From positions 1,143,817 through 1,207,816 of the forward strand of contig MU006090.1 in the NCBI GenBank assembly GCA_010093705.1: a DNA stretch of 64,000 nt. The letters are read 5' to 3'. The stretch is from Patellaria atrata CBS 101060 (taxonomy: Eukaryota). The number at the start of each line of letters is the position of its first letter. Positions within the stretch are counted from its first letter, which is position 1. Below the pieces are notes generated by a model that did not search any database, had not been told where the DNA came from, and saw only the letters and a list, made by a program, of their open reading frames with translations. A program made the translations under genes and the position numbers. Below are positions 39,516 to 52,620 of this stretch, one piece after another.

Positions 39516-42500
39516 ATGGCGGCTCGATCTCATCAACCTGTTCACGGGTCCCAAGCTTCTCAGTCTCCCAAGGTGATTCCAGCCCCCGAGGCTCAGCAAC
39601 AGCCGCAGGATGCTCGGTCTTCTCAGGCTCCTGTAAGTCCCAGTTACCCCACCTTAAAAATGTTTCTACTAATTAGAAAGCGTGCATATAACTGGATTCT
39701 TGACGGTGGTGGGGGTATAGACTTCAACAAGATCCCTTTTCAAGCGGGTTTGCATCAGGCAGGTGTAGCGATTTTACAACTACAAAGAGATTTGATTGAT
39801 CTGTTCACCCGATTTTCTACTACTATATCCGAAGATGTTAATGCACAGCTTCAACATGAAGCTGAGATTAACAAAGAGAGGATCCGAGTGGGATTAGAGT
39901 GGATCGAAAAGTCTAAGATTGATTGTGTAACAAGAAGTTACCACGAGGAGCATATGGCTGCTATGCGTCGAGACTTGAGCGCGGAGTTCGACCAGAAGTT
40001 GCAGATCCTGCAAGTGCGCATCGAAAGAGACACCCAGCGGAAGCTCCAAGAGGTTGCTTCATCGCACAGAACACAGCTCAAGGAGGCGAACGCAACCGCT
40101 GAGAAAAGCTGCACTAATGAACTTGAACGAATGCGGTTCCAGTTGGGGATTCTACAGCATTCCATGAAGAAGATACGCACCCAGGGTGCCTGTGACCACG
40201 CTAGGCGTACAGAAGGCGGTATGAATAGTCCATTCTCCAGCTCTGATTCTGAAATGGAAGTAGAGTCCACTGACGTTGCTTCGGTTACGTCGAACGATGA
40301 CCCTTTGCTCTCTTTGAGAGATTCTATGGAAGCTAAGTCCGCGGAGTTTGCTAACATGTGGGAACTCCTGGAAGACAATTCAGTTCAATTGAGTCGGCTA
40401 AAAAATGAGGTCATCATAGAGTTCAAGAGGATATGGGATGTGATCACCACGGAACTCGGTAAACTCGGTGCTAGGAACCACCTACGATTCACTGAGAACA
40501 AGCAGTTATGGGAAGTTCTCAGAGTAATATCACAAAGGCCCTGGAAACATGCTCGTAACATTATCGAGGATGGAAAGAAAGGGTCAATGGTCAGTAGCTG
40601 TTTGATCTTCCCATGAGATGGTATTACACTAATCCTGAAATAGGCATATGTACGTTCAATGCTCAAATTCCAAGATCGAATTACGGAATCCGAGTCAATC
40701 GAACACCTAGACCTTCTGAAGAAGAAGATCATCACGGCTTTAGAGCAGAAATGGCGTGAAGCAAATGGCTCTCTTCCAAATTATGAGATAGCGGACAAGA
40801 GATGGATCACTGATATGGTCGCGCGGCGCAGGAAAGAGCTTGAAAAAGACTGGACATCCAGGATCGAACAGAACCTGAACGTTAATCTGAAACGTGCGCG
40901 AGAAGTCCAAGAAGTGATAGATCTAGATGACACCCGACCACCGAAGAAGCAGAAGCTGATCGTAAAACTCCGCATTCCGGCTCTTCTAACCACAGCTATG
41001 AAAGCAACGACATCTGAACCGAACGCAACCAAGCCATATGAGAATGAGGAGAATGAAATCTCAAAGGAGTCTTCAGCTTCTAGTCCGGCCCAGACATTCT
41101 TCGCTGAGTTGCATGCCCATGCCGCGATGGAGCCACAGAAGCTGCAGCCAGATGAGCACGTACATGACGTTGAACCGGAAAACAATGTTCTGAGTGAAAT
41201 GGACAACGAAGAAATGATTTCGCATAAGTCTGTTGTCGGTACAGACACTCACCCTGAAGGAAATTCTGCTACTACTGTTGATACTGCCCAAAAGGAAAAT
41301 GGGACAACAACGCCCATTGAGCCCCAGGAAGTCATTGAAACTGGAAATATCGCACTGAATGAGCAAGGACATGCTATCCCAAACTTGAAGATGCCTGCCG
41401 ACAATTCATTAGCAGTATCCTCGAACCATCACCAGGAGCGTATCAACATCGCTATGACAGAAGCTAAAGAAACAATTCCTTCGATTGACCATCAAGTTCT
41501 TCAACACACAACTGACACGTTAGAATCGGAAACGCTATCGGAAGAAGCGATGGTCCCGAAAGCGAACAGTTCTCATGAAGGTTCGATGGAGGCGATAACA
41601 GCATCTCGAGTAACCGCAGTCTCCGCAGAACCTGAGCCATTCAAGCAGGCGATCGTTATCTCAGGTCCACACGCTTCAGTCGGCGATGACGTACATATGA
41701 ATGGGGTTATCGCACCTGCCATGCAAATAGCTCGAGAATTGTTCGATGCAGCAGATCTTGTAACACCGCAGCAGATCGGTGAGACAATTCGAAAAGTGCC
41801 TGGAACTCCTATCCTGTCCCCTTCCCCGATGTTAGCGGTTTCTCCAAGCACGGATATACTTAAAGGGGCGGGTGTCACCGGGCATAGTAAGGAGACTGCG
41901 AAAGCTTGTTCACCTCTGGCTCTCAATCATTCACATGGCGAGATCAGTATAATAGGTGGGAAAGACGATCAAGAACTATCCGTGCCGGTTGTTGCGGGTA
42001 GGGCTTCAGATGAATTCGGAGGATTTACCCCGGGCAAGATGCGTCACTACAAGGAAGAATTCCACGCTGAGAACGTTGCTCCCACCTCCGAAGAAGAAAC
42101 ATCTCGAGATCCTAATGTGACTGAATCCGGGGAAGTTACTTCATCTATGATCGAGAGGGAGAACCAAGACCTTTCTCATCAGCGAGCTCCTATTACGGAG
42201 GTGATTCAGATTCATATTGTAACAAGTAGAGACCCGCGCATAGGTCAACGTTCATTAACATCGGCTGATGTTGATACTTCCACTAATGCAGTTATGACGG
42301 AGAACATGCCAATACCCTCTACTCCAGCTACGACAACTCGTCTGGAAATGTCTCAACTACAATCTGGGATGACAGCTACCACCATATCACCCTCCTCAAT
42401 ATCAACAAAAACTGTGGCTATTCCCCAAGATCTTACCTCGGCCACTCTTAACGAACCCACTCCGAGAGAACACAGCGCTATCTTCAACATAGAAACGAAC

Positions 42501-43019
42501 CAATCCATCTCCCCACCTTCTGTAGAAGGGTTGCTTCAACCGCAACCAGTAACAACAGCATCAAGGCACACACAATCACGTGGAAGTCCCATTGGAACAC
42601 TCAAAGTCGAAAAGCCCGAGCCTTTCTTCGCCCTACCAAGCCTTAAGGATACCAGTTCATCGCCAGGAGAAGAAGTATACTTTGATTCGGGAACTCCTGA
42701 TTCTACTTCAGCCTCCTTTGAGCCCACCCACACTGACCAGCTTCGCGACGGAACTGCCCACGCGAACGACGAAACCGCCTACGAGATATCTCGCTTCGAG
42801 GAGAGGAAGCTTTACGATCTTGGAAATCATGTAGACCAGGACGTTGCTATGACCGATACGCATTATCCCGAGGAAAGTCTCCATACTGCCGGAGCATATG
42901 GGCCGGATTCCAAAGTTGGCATGGACGAGGATGTGAAAATGGAGCGAACAGAACCAGAAACCGGAGTTGGTGCTGAGCAAACGGGTGAGGCTAAGGGCAT
43001 TGATGGAACGAGTACATGA
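39516..43019 (+). CDS. Large hypothetical protein (N-terminal coiled coil, long acidic disordered tail)
   Basis: Two long ORFs joined in frame by intron 40590-40643; probable in-frame intron at 39633-39680. No recognised domain. Confidence 0.75.
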
Positions 43020-43701
43020 CGCAGTGGGATTCCTGGGATGCGGGGATGGTTTTGATATGGTACTTAGCTAAAGAAAATATCTAGAAGAGAAGATTTGGGA
43101 GGGTACATCGATGCTGTGGAGGTCTCAGCACATCAACGTGAAGGGAGCGAGTAGGAGTTTTCCTATTCTTTCTAATGCGTCCAAAATTATATTCCATACT
43201 TATTGACTTATTTGATCTGACCTCTTCTTGGGAGTTCATCCGTCTTTGGTCCCTAGATTAACATCACATGTCGTGACTTTACAACAAAGATCTTGAAAGC
43301 CCCTTTTGCCCAGACCCGTGACACTTATTCCAGTCTCTTCACACATCCCAATCACTGTCGTCAATGAAAACTCCTTCACCGCTTCCCGAGCTGCTCATCT
43401 TGCCGTAACCTTACGCGTGATTCACCTCAGTCATACACAGTAAACAACCTTAGCGTCGGGATACGGTCGCCCCAGCAACGATATTGATCCGACTCCGGCC
43501 TACCGGCACTATTTATTGAGCTCTTCCCTCCGTCTTCCTCTATCCTTTTTATTTTCATCCCCCTCGATTTTCTCAGTCGCATAACGCGACTTTCTCATCA
43601 ACACAGCTCTTCCATCCACGTCACGCACCGTTGCACTCAAAAGAATCTCCCTACCCAAATCACACACACAACAACATTAAATTCACCCAAGAACCGTAGC
43701 A

Positions 43702-44595
43702 ATGGGTGACTCCGCGAAGATTCCTGACTTGACTGCGCTCCCGACGTCGTCTTCAAGCACCTTCAACCCTTCCACCCCGTCTACGCCGGATACGGGCGCA
43801 AATAGCGCGAAGACGACCAACTGGGTTCTGGACACCAACCTCAACAGCGACACGCAGCTCAACGCGTACATGGACCCAGTCATCGCATCCATCCGCCAGG
43901 TTCACACTACGCAGCAGGTAATGAGCAAGATGCTCACCGGCGAGCGTGCCGCCATCCTGAATGAGGTTCAAGAGCTGAGGAAGGCTCTGGATGCCTTAGA
44001 CGCGACTGTGAAGGAGACGATGATGGCAAAGGAGGAAGCGAAGGAGGCGCAGGAGACGAAAAAGGTGCTGACGGAGTTGCAATCGATGGTGAAGAATATG
44101 ATGGCGGAGAAAGAAGAGAAGGAGAAGGACAAGGAAGAAGTAGTGGTCCACAAATCTGACGATACCGCGGTCTGGGCGCTCCAATCGCAGGTCAACACGC
44201 TCATGGAACGCGATGCCGCAATGCAGAAGGCAATGAAGGAACGGGATGTTGCGATGAAGGCCATGGAAGAACGTAACAAGAAGGAGATAGAAGAGCTGAG
44301 TGCTCTTTATACGGGCCGTGCCCCTCGTGCTAAGCTTGTACCAATCAAGGAAGAGCTTGAAGAGATCGAAGAGGGTGAGGTCCGAGAAGGGACCAGGAAG
44401 AGGGGGAATCCCTTTGGCAATCCGGCTCCCAGGAAGTATAATGATCGTCACATTGGAGACGACGGTCGTGCGAGCGGAGGCCAGTTCCGCCGCACCCGTG
44501 GTGGAACGGGAGGTGGTCGAGGACATCGCGGAGTGGCGTACAGGAACTATTATGCCGATAGGGACGGCATACTCCGCCCAAGGTTGGAGTACTGA
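43702..44595 (+). CDS. Hypothetical coiled-coil protein with a C-terminal RGG-rich tail
   Basis: 297-aa ATG ORF with coding-like GC3, E/K/M-rich heptads and RTRGGTGGGRGHRG. Confidence 0.75.
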   Translation: MGDSAKIPDLTALPTSSSSTFNPSTPSTPDTGANSAKTTNWVLDTNLNSDTQLNAYMDPVIASIRQVHTTQQVMSKMLTGERAAILNEVQELRKALDALDATVKETMMAKEEAKEAQETKKVLTELQSMVKNMMAEKEEKEKDKEEVVVHKSDDTAVWALQSQVNTLMERDAAMQKAMKERDVAMKAMEERNKKEIEELSALYTGRAPRAKLVPIKEELEEIEEGEVREGTRKRGNPFGNPAPRKYNDRHIGDDGRASGGQFRRTRGGTGGGRGHRGVAYRNYYADRDGILRPRLEY

Positions 44596-44850
44596 CACAG
44601 TTGTGCATGTAAAAGCACGACTTTAGGTGGGAAATGTGGACAAGTGTTACGAAGGTACTGTACGATACGAAAATCGACTCAATTGCGAAGAATGAGACTT
44701 GTGTAATACCTTGCATGTCTGATCTCTGCAAACGAGCTAAATATACAAACTCCTACCTGGAGATCCGCAAAACCAGGACTGAAGAGTGGTTGTGTGTGGA
44801 TAGCAGTTGAGGAGAGTATGAGAGCTGACAAACCCACCCTTTACCTGGAC

Positions 44851-44970
44851 ATTATCCCTTACCCCTATACTATCCCTTATTCGTATACCGTCCCTTACCC
44901 ATATACGATCCTTTCCCGGTATACTATCCCTTTCCGATATACTCTCCCTTACCCCTAACTATCCTCTATC
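44851..44970. repeat. Degenerate 18-bp minisatellite, about 6.5 units
   Basis: Units such as TATACTATCCCTTATTCG, TATACCGTCCCTTACCCA, TATACGATCCTTTCCCGG, TATACTATCCCTTTCCGA and TATACTCTCCCTTACCCC. Confidence 0.9.
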
Positions 44971-45355
44971 CCTACTTCCTTGTGCATATGAACCACAAAC
45001 TATACTCAACAGAAAAGAAAGGTATTGAACTAACACAGTATCAAACAGTCTGCAAAGGTGAGTGTTGCTAATTGGCTGTTACAGATTAAGCAGTGTCCAG
45101 AGACATTTCAGGTTAAGTACTCATCTCTCCTTAACTCTATATCTCCTCTTTTGCACGGGTGGAATTACCTGGCCACTATCGACTTTCCGCACGCCCACTG
45201 GCGTATACCCAAAACGGCGGGGTTCGTACGAAGGTAAGCGTGATCCGGATTATCTAGCCCGAGACTCTCAGTTATACCCAAACACCGCGCCCAAAAACTA
45301 TGCCCCAAATCGCCCCCAGAGATGGGACTCAAATCACTGACATACACGCACCCTT

Positions 45356-46346
45356 TCAGTCCCCCCAACTCTCTCCCCTGCCCTCTCCTCCGACAGTAGA
45401 ATACACACCATACGGATCCACCAACGGCTTCTCCCCCCTTAACCGGCGCCAGTAATTCGTCGACCGAAACAGCCCCTCGCACCCCCGTACGACCCACGTC
45501 CACTTCCGCAGAAACGACTCGGTCATCTCCCACTCTCGCGGATCAGACGGTTCGCCCCAGACCACAAGGCCCATCCGATCCGAGGGCGTGTTAACGATCT
45601 CAACGAGGTCCGTACACAGGTCCCAGTCGTCGTAGTCCTCGCCCTGGCGGAGAATGTTGTCCCTGAGGGCCGGAATCGGTACGAAGTCCACCCACGGATG
45701 GTGCGCCACGGTTCTCTGTAGGGGCGTCGGGCGCAAGCTGGATGGGTACGAGAAGCGGGTTTGGGAGCGCAGGGTAGAGTTGAAGGGGGAGATGGCGTCG
45801 CAGTCGCACCAGTCGAGGCCGAAGCCTAGGGTCGTGTTATTGGCGAGTAGGGCCCGTACGACGTTGAACTGGACGAGGGTGAGGAGGAGTTCCATCCGGG
45901 GTGAGCCGGTGTTGCGTTGGGAGAGGACCCATTCTTCGAATTGGTCCATTAGTTGGCGTTGTTGGGTCTCGGTTAATTTGCAGTTACTGCGAATTGCTGG
46001 GAAGGAGGGCGGGCGCAGGTATTGTATGTATCGTCTGTCCGTTCTTTGTATCGTAATTGAATCAGAGGGGTGGTTATCAGGCGGATTTGGAGCAGTTGAG
46101 GTAGGTCTTTGTGGGGGGATGTTCTCTTGTTGTAGCTTCCGCTGCTCTGCTTTCCGCCGTCCTGATTACATTAGCGCACCTAAGTCTTTCAAACCATATG
46201 AGCAGGCTTGATATACTGTAATCTCTTTGATTTATACGGCATTGTATTCTCTTTCTCTCCACGGGATCTGTAATACCCGTCCAGTCCTCATCTGGACCTC
46301 GTGCTCTTGCCCGCTGTGGCATTTGCTCCAGTGAGATTGCCGGCAT
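45356..46346 (-). CDS. bZIP-like basic region plus DUF3425 protein, 2 exons
   Basis: DDWTG-type motif (EDWTGITDPVERKRIQCRINQRDY|RRRK) and DUF3425 motifs LRPTPLQRTVAHHPWVDFVPIPALRDNIL, GLVVWGEP...WEMTESFLRKW, STNYWRRLRGE. Confidence 0.88.
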
Positions 46347-46643
46347 ACTGGTTTTAGAAATAGATCATTCGCAAACGTTATAAGTCATAGACTAATGGAT
46401 TTAACTGCACTCTCGTAAAAGTTAATGTAGAAGACGCTATGAGTTAAGGAGACAGTGTGGGTATCAAGGTAGGTTGAAGGTAGATGAATCGTTTATTTCC
46501 GCTTAACACCGGTCACCTCCGGATGCTCCGCTATGATCAACATATTGCACAAGCAAATTTGCTACTTTAGCTAAGTTGCAGCGATTTAGGTTTCTATAAA
46601 TGATATGTCACTGTTGAGTTTTGTTTTCAACTATCTCAGGAGT

Positions 46644-48303
46644 TTATATTTCCTTGAAACCTTCGAAGTACTTTTCTTGTTAGTCCTGTGTGAGCCAAGA
46701 TTTGAGAAGATATCAACTTACTTTCTTCCGGAATGCATTAAGTTCATCGGCAGTCCCGTCCCTCTCATATTCACGTCTTTGGATTATAATACTCTGATCG
46801 ATCTCTGCCTCTGGGAGTCTACGATAGGTGAGAAGGCGGCGAGCCCCTGAAAGATAGTCACGATCAGAAAATTCAATCCACATAATCATCATAATTGGTA
46901 TGACAACTGGAACTTACACTTGTTGAAGGGCTGTACGCAAACGCTGACGAGCTGTAACCAAGGATGGCTGGGTATCCCAAGTTCAATATCCTCCGCGGCT
47001 GTGGGCATCCACATTGAGAGCCTACCGTTATCCACAAGCATCTTTGCTGAAAACTCAAGAATGTCGTCCAGCATTGCGTTGAAGCTGTACGGTTTCTTCG
47101 GCGCTAGATACCCCTCTTGCCTGTAATAATGTTAGTCTAATGGTTACAATATATGAAATGATCGATGAACATCATACAGATGAGCTGGTTTGTCACCTAT
47201 CATGACCACTTCTTCGCCTCCCCCACCTCGCTTTCCCAAGACCTTTAACCCTTCTCTGACTCCATAAGGTGGGTCACAGATTATCCCGTCTAGGCATCGG
47301 GATACTCTTAGTGGCGTATGAGTGAGATCTGATATAAAATTATCCAATAGATGACTTGTCAAGCCATACTGATGGAAATTGCTGAGAACATTTCGGTTTT
47401 TTTTCCCTCGGATGCTTCGAGAATCAATATCACTACCCACCGTCATAGCCCCAAAATGCGCACAAGCTATTGGAAAACTACCCGTTCCCATGAAGGGATC
47501 ATAGAAGAGCTTTCCCGCGGCCGCATGCGTGATGTTAGCAGTAACAAGAGCCAGCTCAGAGTCGAAGGAAGTTGTGCTGATATATCTCCGTTTCTTGAGG
47601 TTATACTTATCCATGAATTGGCGTTGGCTACCGGTTATTAAGCGTCCAAGGTAGATCATAAATGGCTCTTCTGCCTTTTGCTCATAATCTTCGAATATAC
47701 ACAACTGAAGCTCCGCACCGTTCATGGTAATTGGTCCCTTAAACCCGAAGTATTTGAAAGATTCGATCAAGGATCGTTGAGCGGTAGAATTTCTCTTCCC
47801 CTGATACGAATCGATCGTAAAGCGGAATGAAGAATCTTTGTATGAAGCCGATTTCGACGCAGTACGTGCGTGGACGTCTGCATGGAGACTCGGGTAGTCG
47901 GTTCCTACACCCCATAACTCATAGATAGCGTGAGCGAGGATAGAACGTGAAATCAATGTATATGCTGCTTTCTCGGATACGAGTCGTACAGTGCAAAATG
48001 GAGACTATCATGGTTAGAGAACATTGTTTGAAAAGATATCCTGAGAGCGAATGGAAGGTCTGAGGCACCTCAGATGGGAAATACGCTGGGGTTCAGATAC
48101 GTGGAAAACGGTTTGTGAGGGTAGACAAAGGGGACCAAAGAAGGACATTTGAGGCCTTCGCCTACCTTATTCAAACTTAATCATACATTTTCTTCATACT
48201 TTAAAACTTCGAGATCAATTCCGTGAAAAGAAGCTAGAGCTTCGAGCTCCGGCTTGCGAAAACTCTCATGAATCTGACTAAATCTTATCAGATATTCTAG
48301 CAT
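46644..48303 (-). CDS. TRM11: tRNA (guanine-10-N2)-methyltransferase Trm11, 5 exons
   Basis: MLEYLIRFSQIHESFRKPEL N-terminus, YNLKKRRYISTTSFDSEL, YDPFMGTGS, and IICDPPYGVRE. Confidence 0.95.
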
Positions 48304-48667
48304 ATTTCTATCGTGTAAAAGGAAGCATTAACTGGGTCATCTAGATTAGAAGTTGGAATTTATAAATGTGGAATGGATGCGGTTGGCGTTACTAAAAGTG
48401 AGAAAATGCAAGTTCTAGATGAAAGGATACTTTGGGGGGTAGCGAGAAACTAACGTCGCATCACTAAACATCAATAGTCTGTATTATATTATAGGCCATC
48501 AAGTTGTTATACATGTTCAAACTTCCATCTCCAATAAACTCTCCTAAAATTGACGCTCAACCAGCCCCAAAGCGCCATGCTAGCGATTGCAAAAAGAGAA
48601 TTCAAAGCTCCACCAGACGACATTATTCCCGTATCTCCAAAACTCAGTCTGGACGAAAGGAATCGGA

Positions 48668-50142
48668 TCATCTCCCAGGGTATGGAACCTGTGACTCCTT
48701 TGGACCCGCAGAGCTTGGCTCTTTATGATGTAGAGCCTGCGGTTCTCTCGGAGCTGTGTAGCTTGGTCCCGTCATATCGTCAACTCTCGAGTGTCCGTTT
48801 TCCAAGTCGGTTGCTCTAGAACTGCTAGCTGGTCCCCAACCTTCCGTGCCGACATAGTTTCCGATACCAACACCGATGCCAAAGGCTCGATTTCGGGTCC
48901 TTGCACCCCAAGCCCACCCGGCACCTTGCCGGATCGGTAGATGGTACCATCTGAACGAGCTATAGGCACATAAGATACCGATAAGTGAACCAAAGAAAAG
49001 GTCGATAGGGTGATGTCGGAAGTCTGTGTAGCGCGTAGATGTAATATAAATGGCGGTGCCGATAGGTATCAGCCCGAGGACTAATATCCAAGTAGGTGGG
49101 GCAGCAGCTTGGTTCCCTAATGAACAGTAAGCAACGTGCTGAAACTCTCCAGATGAAGTGTTACTCACGAATTGGAACGACCGCGTTGGTGTCAGACAGG
49201 TTTTGATTATCATCGTTCGAAAGCTTCTTGCCCGAGTTATTTTTCCTGAAGGCTGGCAAAGTCAAGCGTTGCTCGCGGTCTAAAGCGGTCTCCTCCTCGT
49301 TTTGGGAATATCCTCGTGGGGGAAGGAACGGAATCGCGATTGCGAATTTGGAAGCAAGGAATAGACTTAAGTATAGCATACCGGCCCATGAAACTAGCAA
49401 TAAATGTTAGTCTCCGTACCAGGACCATAAAGAGATGAAAGGATCATACAGGAAGCATGCCCGCTAGGAAAGCTCCTGAATCCATCATCCAACTCCCAAC
49501 TATTCGTTGAACGGCAAATGAGCCAGTTAACCAGCACCCATTTGTCGGATATATCTTGACCGTATCCACCGACAACGTAATTTCTGAGATTCGCAATATC
49601 AGGATCGCAACGACTGATCAAATCCGGACGAGGCTTTCCCCATATATTCTTCATCCCTTCAGTGATTAAGAAAGTAGTTGCAAGGGACAATCCTAGACCC
49701 ATCCAACCGCCTAATTTTCATTTAGCGCATGTAAGCACTGATTTTATGATATGATCACCTACTATTCCACTCCCAAAATTTCCTCCGCCATATCAGAAGT
49801 TTCGGAGTGCTCGGGCTCTTCGTAGGACCGGGAATGAAGAACATGCAAACGACGAATATAATGATTCCAGGTGCGATTAAGCAAACCACTAGTAGTAGCC
49901 ATGTTGGGATGGTCTCATCGACATGAGGGTAGGATATTGTCAGATCGATGAGAGAGAACGGCCGGTGAAAAGGACTGATGCGGTTGAATCCTCCTCCAAC
50001 AGCTGCTATGCATCTGTATGGTTGTCAGCTTGTAATACGATTGATCTCCTGTGAATTTTCCTCACAATATTATGAACCAGTCGAAGACGTATGAAGCTAT
50101 TAACCGCTTCGAGGGCATCTGAAGTGAGTTTAAAGTCCTCAT
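48668..50142 (-). CDS. PAP2-family lipid phosphate phosphatase (Dpp1/Lpp1-like), multi-exon
   Basis: C1 KNIWGKPRPD, C2 SFPSGHAS, C3 TRYTDFRHHPID. Start ATG at 50142 or 50118. Confidence 0.92.
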
Positions 50143-50640
50143 TCTGTTCTTCCCATCAATGGGGGGATCACAGAGAAAGATAATAGAGAAGAAGGGGAGA
50201 GATGTAGAACTCGAAGAGCGAGCTGAGTGCTTGGTGAAAGCTTGAGAATTAAGGTTGATTTATTGACCAAAAAAAACATTCCGCGACCCAAGGGAGGTTC
50301 TGATGATGGGGGATGGAGTGGAAGATGCGGAAACACACACGACACGCGCAATTACATACGAAACACTCTCTCGTCATCTCATCTCATCTTTACTGCACTG
50401 GTCGTACTTTATGTTCTTGGCCATTCTTGAGTTTCTTGACATTGCGTTTGAAACTCTTGGAATTGACTCTTTGGCGGGTAGATTACAGCACTTTATTGGC
50501 TACGGAAGTGTACGGTCACTACAGTGCATCATTAGGTCATCCACCTACAAGTAACACCAGTACAGCAGAGCACAGCCAAAGATCATCGACGTCCGACTCG
50601 AAAAAGAAAATCGGACAAATTACTACAACTTCGAGCGACC

Positions 50641-51324
50641 ATGGTGAACGCACAAGTAGCCCCGACGATAGATCGCCTCCTGAACCTCGTACCGGATTCT
50701 CCAGAGCAAGTCCTCTCGCATCTGAATTCTCATCCAGAGCTTGCATCCCGCCAGGACTCCCATGGCTACTCGCTACTCCATGCTGCGGTATCGTACGGGC
50801 AGATCCAACTCATTTGTGCCCTCATCCAGACCCACCACGTTTCTCCTAATATAGCGGATGAGGATAATGAGACGCCTCTCTTTGCAGCTGAAGACGTGAA
50901 CGTAGCGAAAACTCTTGTCGAGTTAGGAGCTGACCTCAATTGGAAGAATCAAGAGGGTACAACTGCAGAGGAGAAAATTGAGGCTGAGGAAGAATGGCCG
51001 CTTGTGGCTGCGTACTTGCGCTCTAGCGATGCTAGGAATGGGAGCTCTTCCAATCTCATGGGAGGTTCTTCGTCAAGTAATGGTCTTCACGCGCCTCCTC
51101 CCCTGCCAGACAATGTAAAAATCAATGTAGGGTCTGTAGAAGAGCAAGGTGAAGACAGTCTAGCTCCAGACCCGGAATTTAGGCGAAAAATAGAGGAATT
51201 GGCTGCGAGAGAAGACTTTCAAACTGAGGATGGTCAAAAAGCATTGAGAGATCTGGTCACCGAAGCAGTCTCTGGAATTGGAGCGGATGAACAGAACAGA
51301 GACGTACGGCGTAGAGTAGCTTGA
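50641..51324 (+). CDS. Ankyrin-repeat protein (YCR051W-like)
   Basis: QDSHGYSLLHAAVSYG and DEDNETPLFAAE ankyrin motifs; C-terminal DPEFRRKIEELAAREDF. Confidence 0.88.
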   Translation: MVNAQVAPTIDRLLNLVPDSPEQVLSHLNSHPELASRQDSHGYSLLHAAVSYGQIQLICALIQTHHVSPNIADEDNETPLFAAEDVNVAKTLVELGADLNWKNQEGTTAEEKIEAEEEWPLVAAYLRSSDARNGSSSNLMGGSSSSNGLHAPPPLPDNVKINVGSVEEQGEDSLAPDPEFRRKIEELAAREDFQTEDGQKALRDLVTEAVSGIGADEQNRDVRRRVA

Positions 51325-52004
51325 TAAGCAAGATTCACTATGAAACTATCAATCCGTGGGAGGATTATAGAGTATCGTCCAGATGGAGCATTTCCCCCCA
51401 ACCCTGCTTCAGAGATTCCTGGAACATCTCCCACCATCTGTAAGGCATCACCGACGCCATCCCATTTCGAACTCTCCACGAACGGTACGTTCGGCACCAT
51501 GACGGGAGGGACGACACTCCTCAGGTCTATTCCATATGTACACCTGACCAGTAGTTCCCATTGTGGATACACTCTACCGTTCATACATCTTAATCCCTTG
51601 ACTCCTTGCGAAACCGTCGGCCTTTGTACGATTGCTGCACGAATCAGGGAGCACTGTTCACTTCGTTCCACTGCGTGCTCTCTATAATCTGCATAATCAA
51701 GTCTGAAGTCGATCCTATGGCTGCGTGGCATTCGACCTTAGGAATATCCCAATCTTTTACTTATACAAGTTACTCCAAAAGCCATTATACCCTCCCCTCT
51801 ATCGAGCTGAATCAATTTCGCATATGTGGTTGCTGCGCTGTACGCTCAATGGAACGATCTCAGACTTTTCACATTCTTTGATCTCTACGGATTGTACAGT
51901 GGAGTCCAAGGCAGTTATGATGAAGGCGTACAGCTTCATCACAAGTACCAGCTTCGAAGACTTGCAAGACGAAATACCACTAACCCACTCCAGCCATCCA
52001 TACA

Positions 52005-52587
52005 CTACTCATTCCGCGTGTCCTTTTCGTACTCGAACTCTATCTCATCGCGACGTCCAAAGGACCTAGCTCCACGGTAGTAGAACCACGCCAGCATCTT
52101 GCATTTAGACCTTCTCCTCTTTTTAGTTATGTGGGAGCATTCTTCCTTCATGTCAGCCTTGAACACCTTATCAATCTTTTTCCTGTACTTCTTCTTCTTC
52201 GTGTCGAAGCAGTGCAGTTCACTCTTCGCGCAATTCCTGTACCCGAAATCATGACGAAGGCAAGCATCGTGGAATTGGAAACCTTTGTAATGGTCTTTGC
52301 TGTGAGTACATCCGTCGCTGTCCCAGTCGTAACAGTTGTGTGCGTGGAGGTTGGCGTTGCGGACATCGAGGAACTCGCTCAGTGGAGCGTCGTACATGAG
52401 ATAATCAAGGCCCCGATTGGTGCAGAGAGCTTCAAAGACATCAGGAGTATATCTTAACTATGGGAACCTCGGTGAACTTACAAATACCATTTTTGAGTTT
52501 GAATTCAGGTGTGTCTTCATCCCTTGCATTCAGAGATGGCATCACTGTGCAGACACCTGCTACTAGGAGGCTGGGTAAGAATCGCAT
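52005..52587 (-). CDS. Secreted phospholipase A2, fungal/bacterial (group XIV) type, 176 aa, 2 exons
   Basis: Signal peptide MRFLPSLLVAGVCTVMPSLNA; intron 52430-52481; YDWDSDGC...FHDACLRHDFGYRNC catalytic His-Asp motif; IDKVFKADM. Confidence 0.9.
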
Positions 52588-52620
52588 GTTTTCAATGTGT
52601 TATATGCGTGTTCAACTCCT

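Noticed and set aside
46848..46917. C/D snoRNA in a TRM11 intron (ATGATGA...CTGA)
   Set aside because: The boxes span only ~29 nt, and CTGAT is better explained as the branch point.
51234..51731. 165-aa minus-strand ORF and 115-aa plus-strand ORF after the ankyrin gene
   Set aside because: They overlap each other, the minus ORF also overlaps the ankyrin 3' end, and neither has a recognisable domain. Not supportable as genes.
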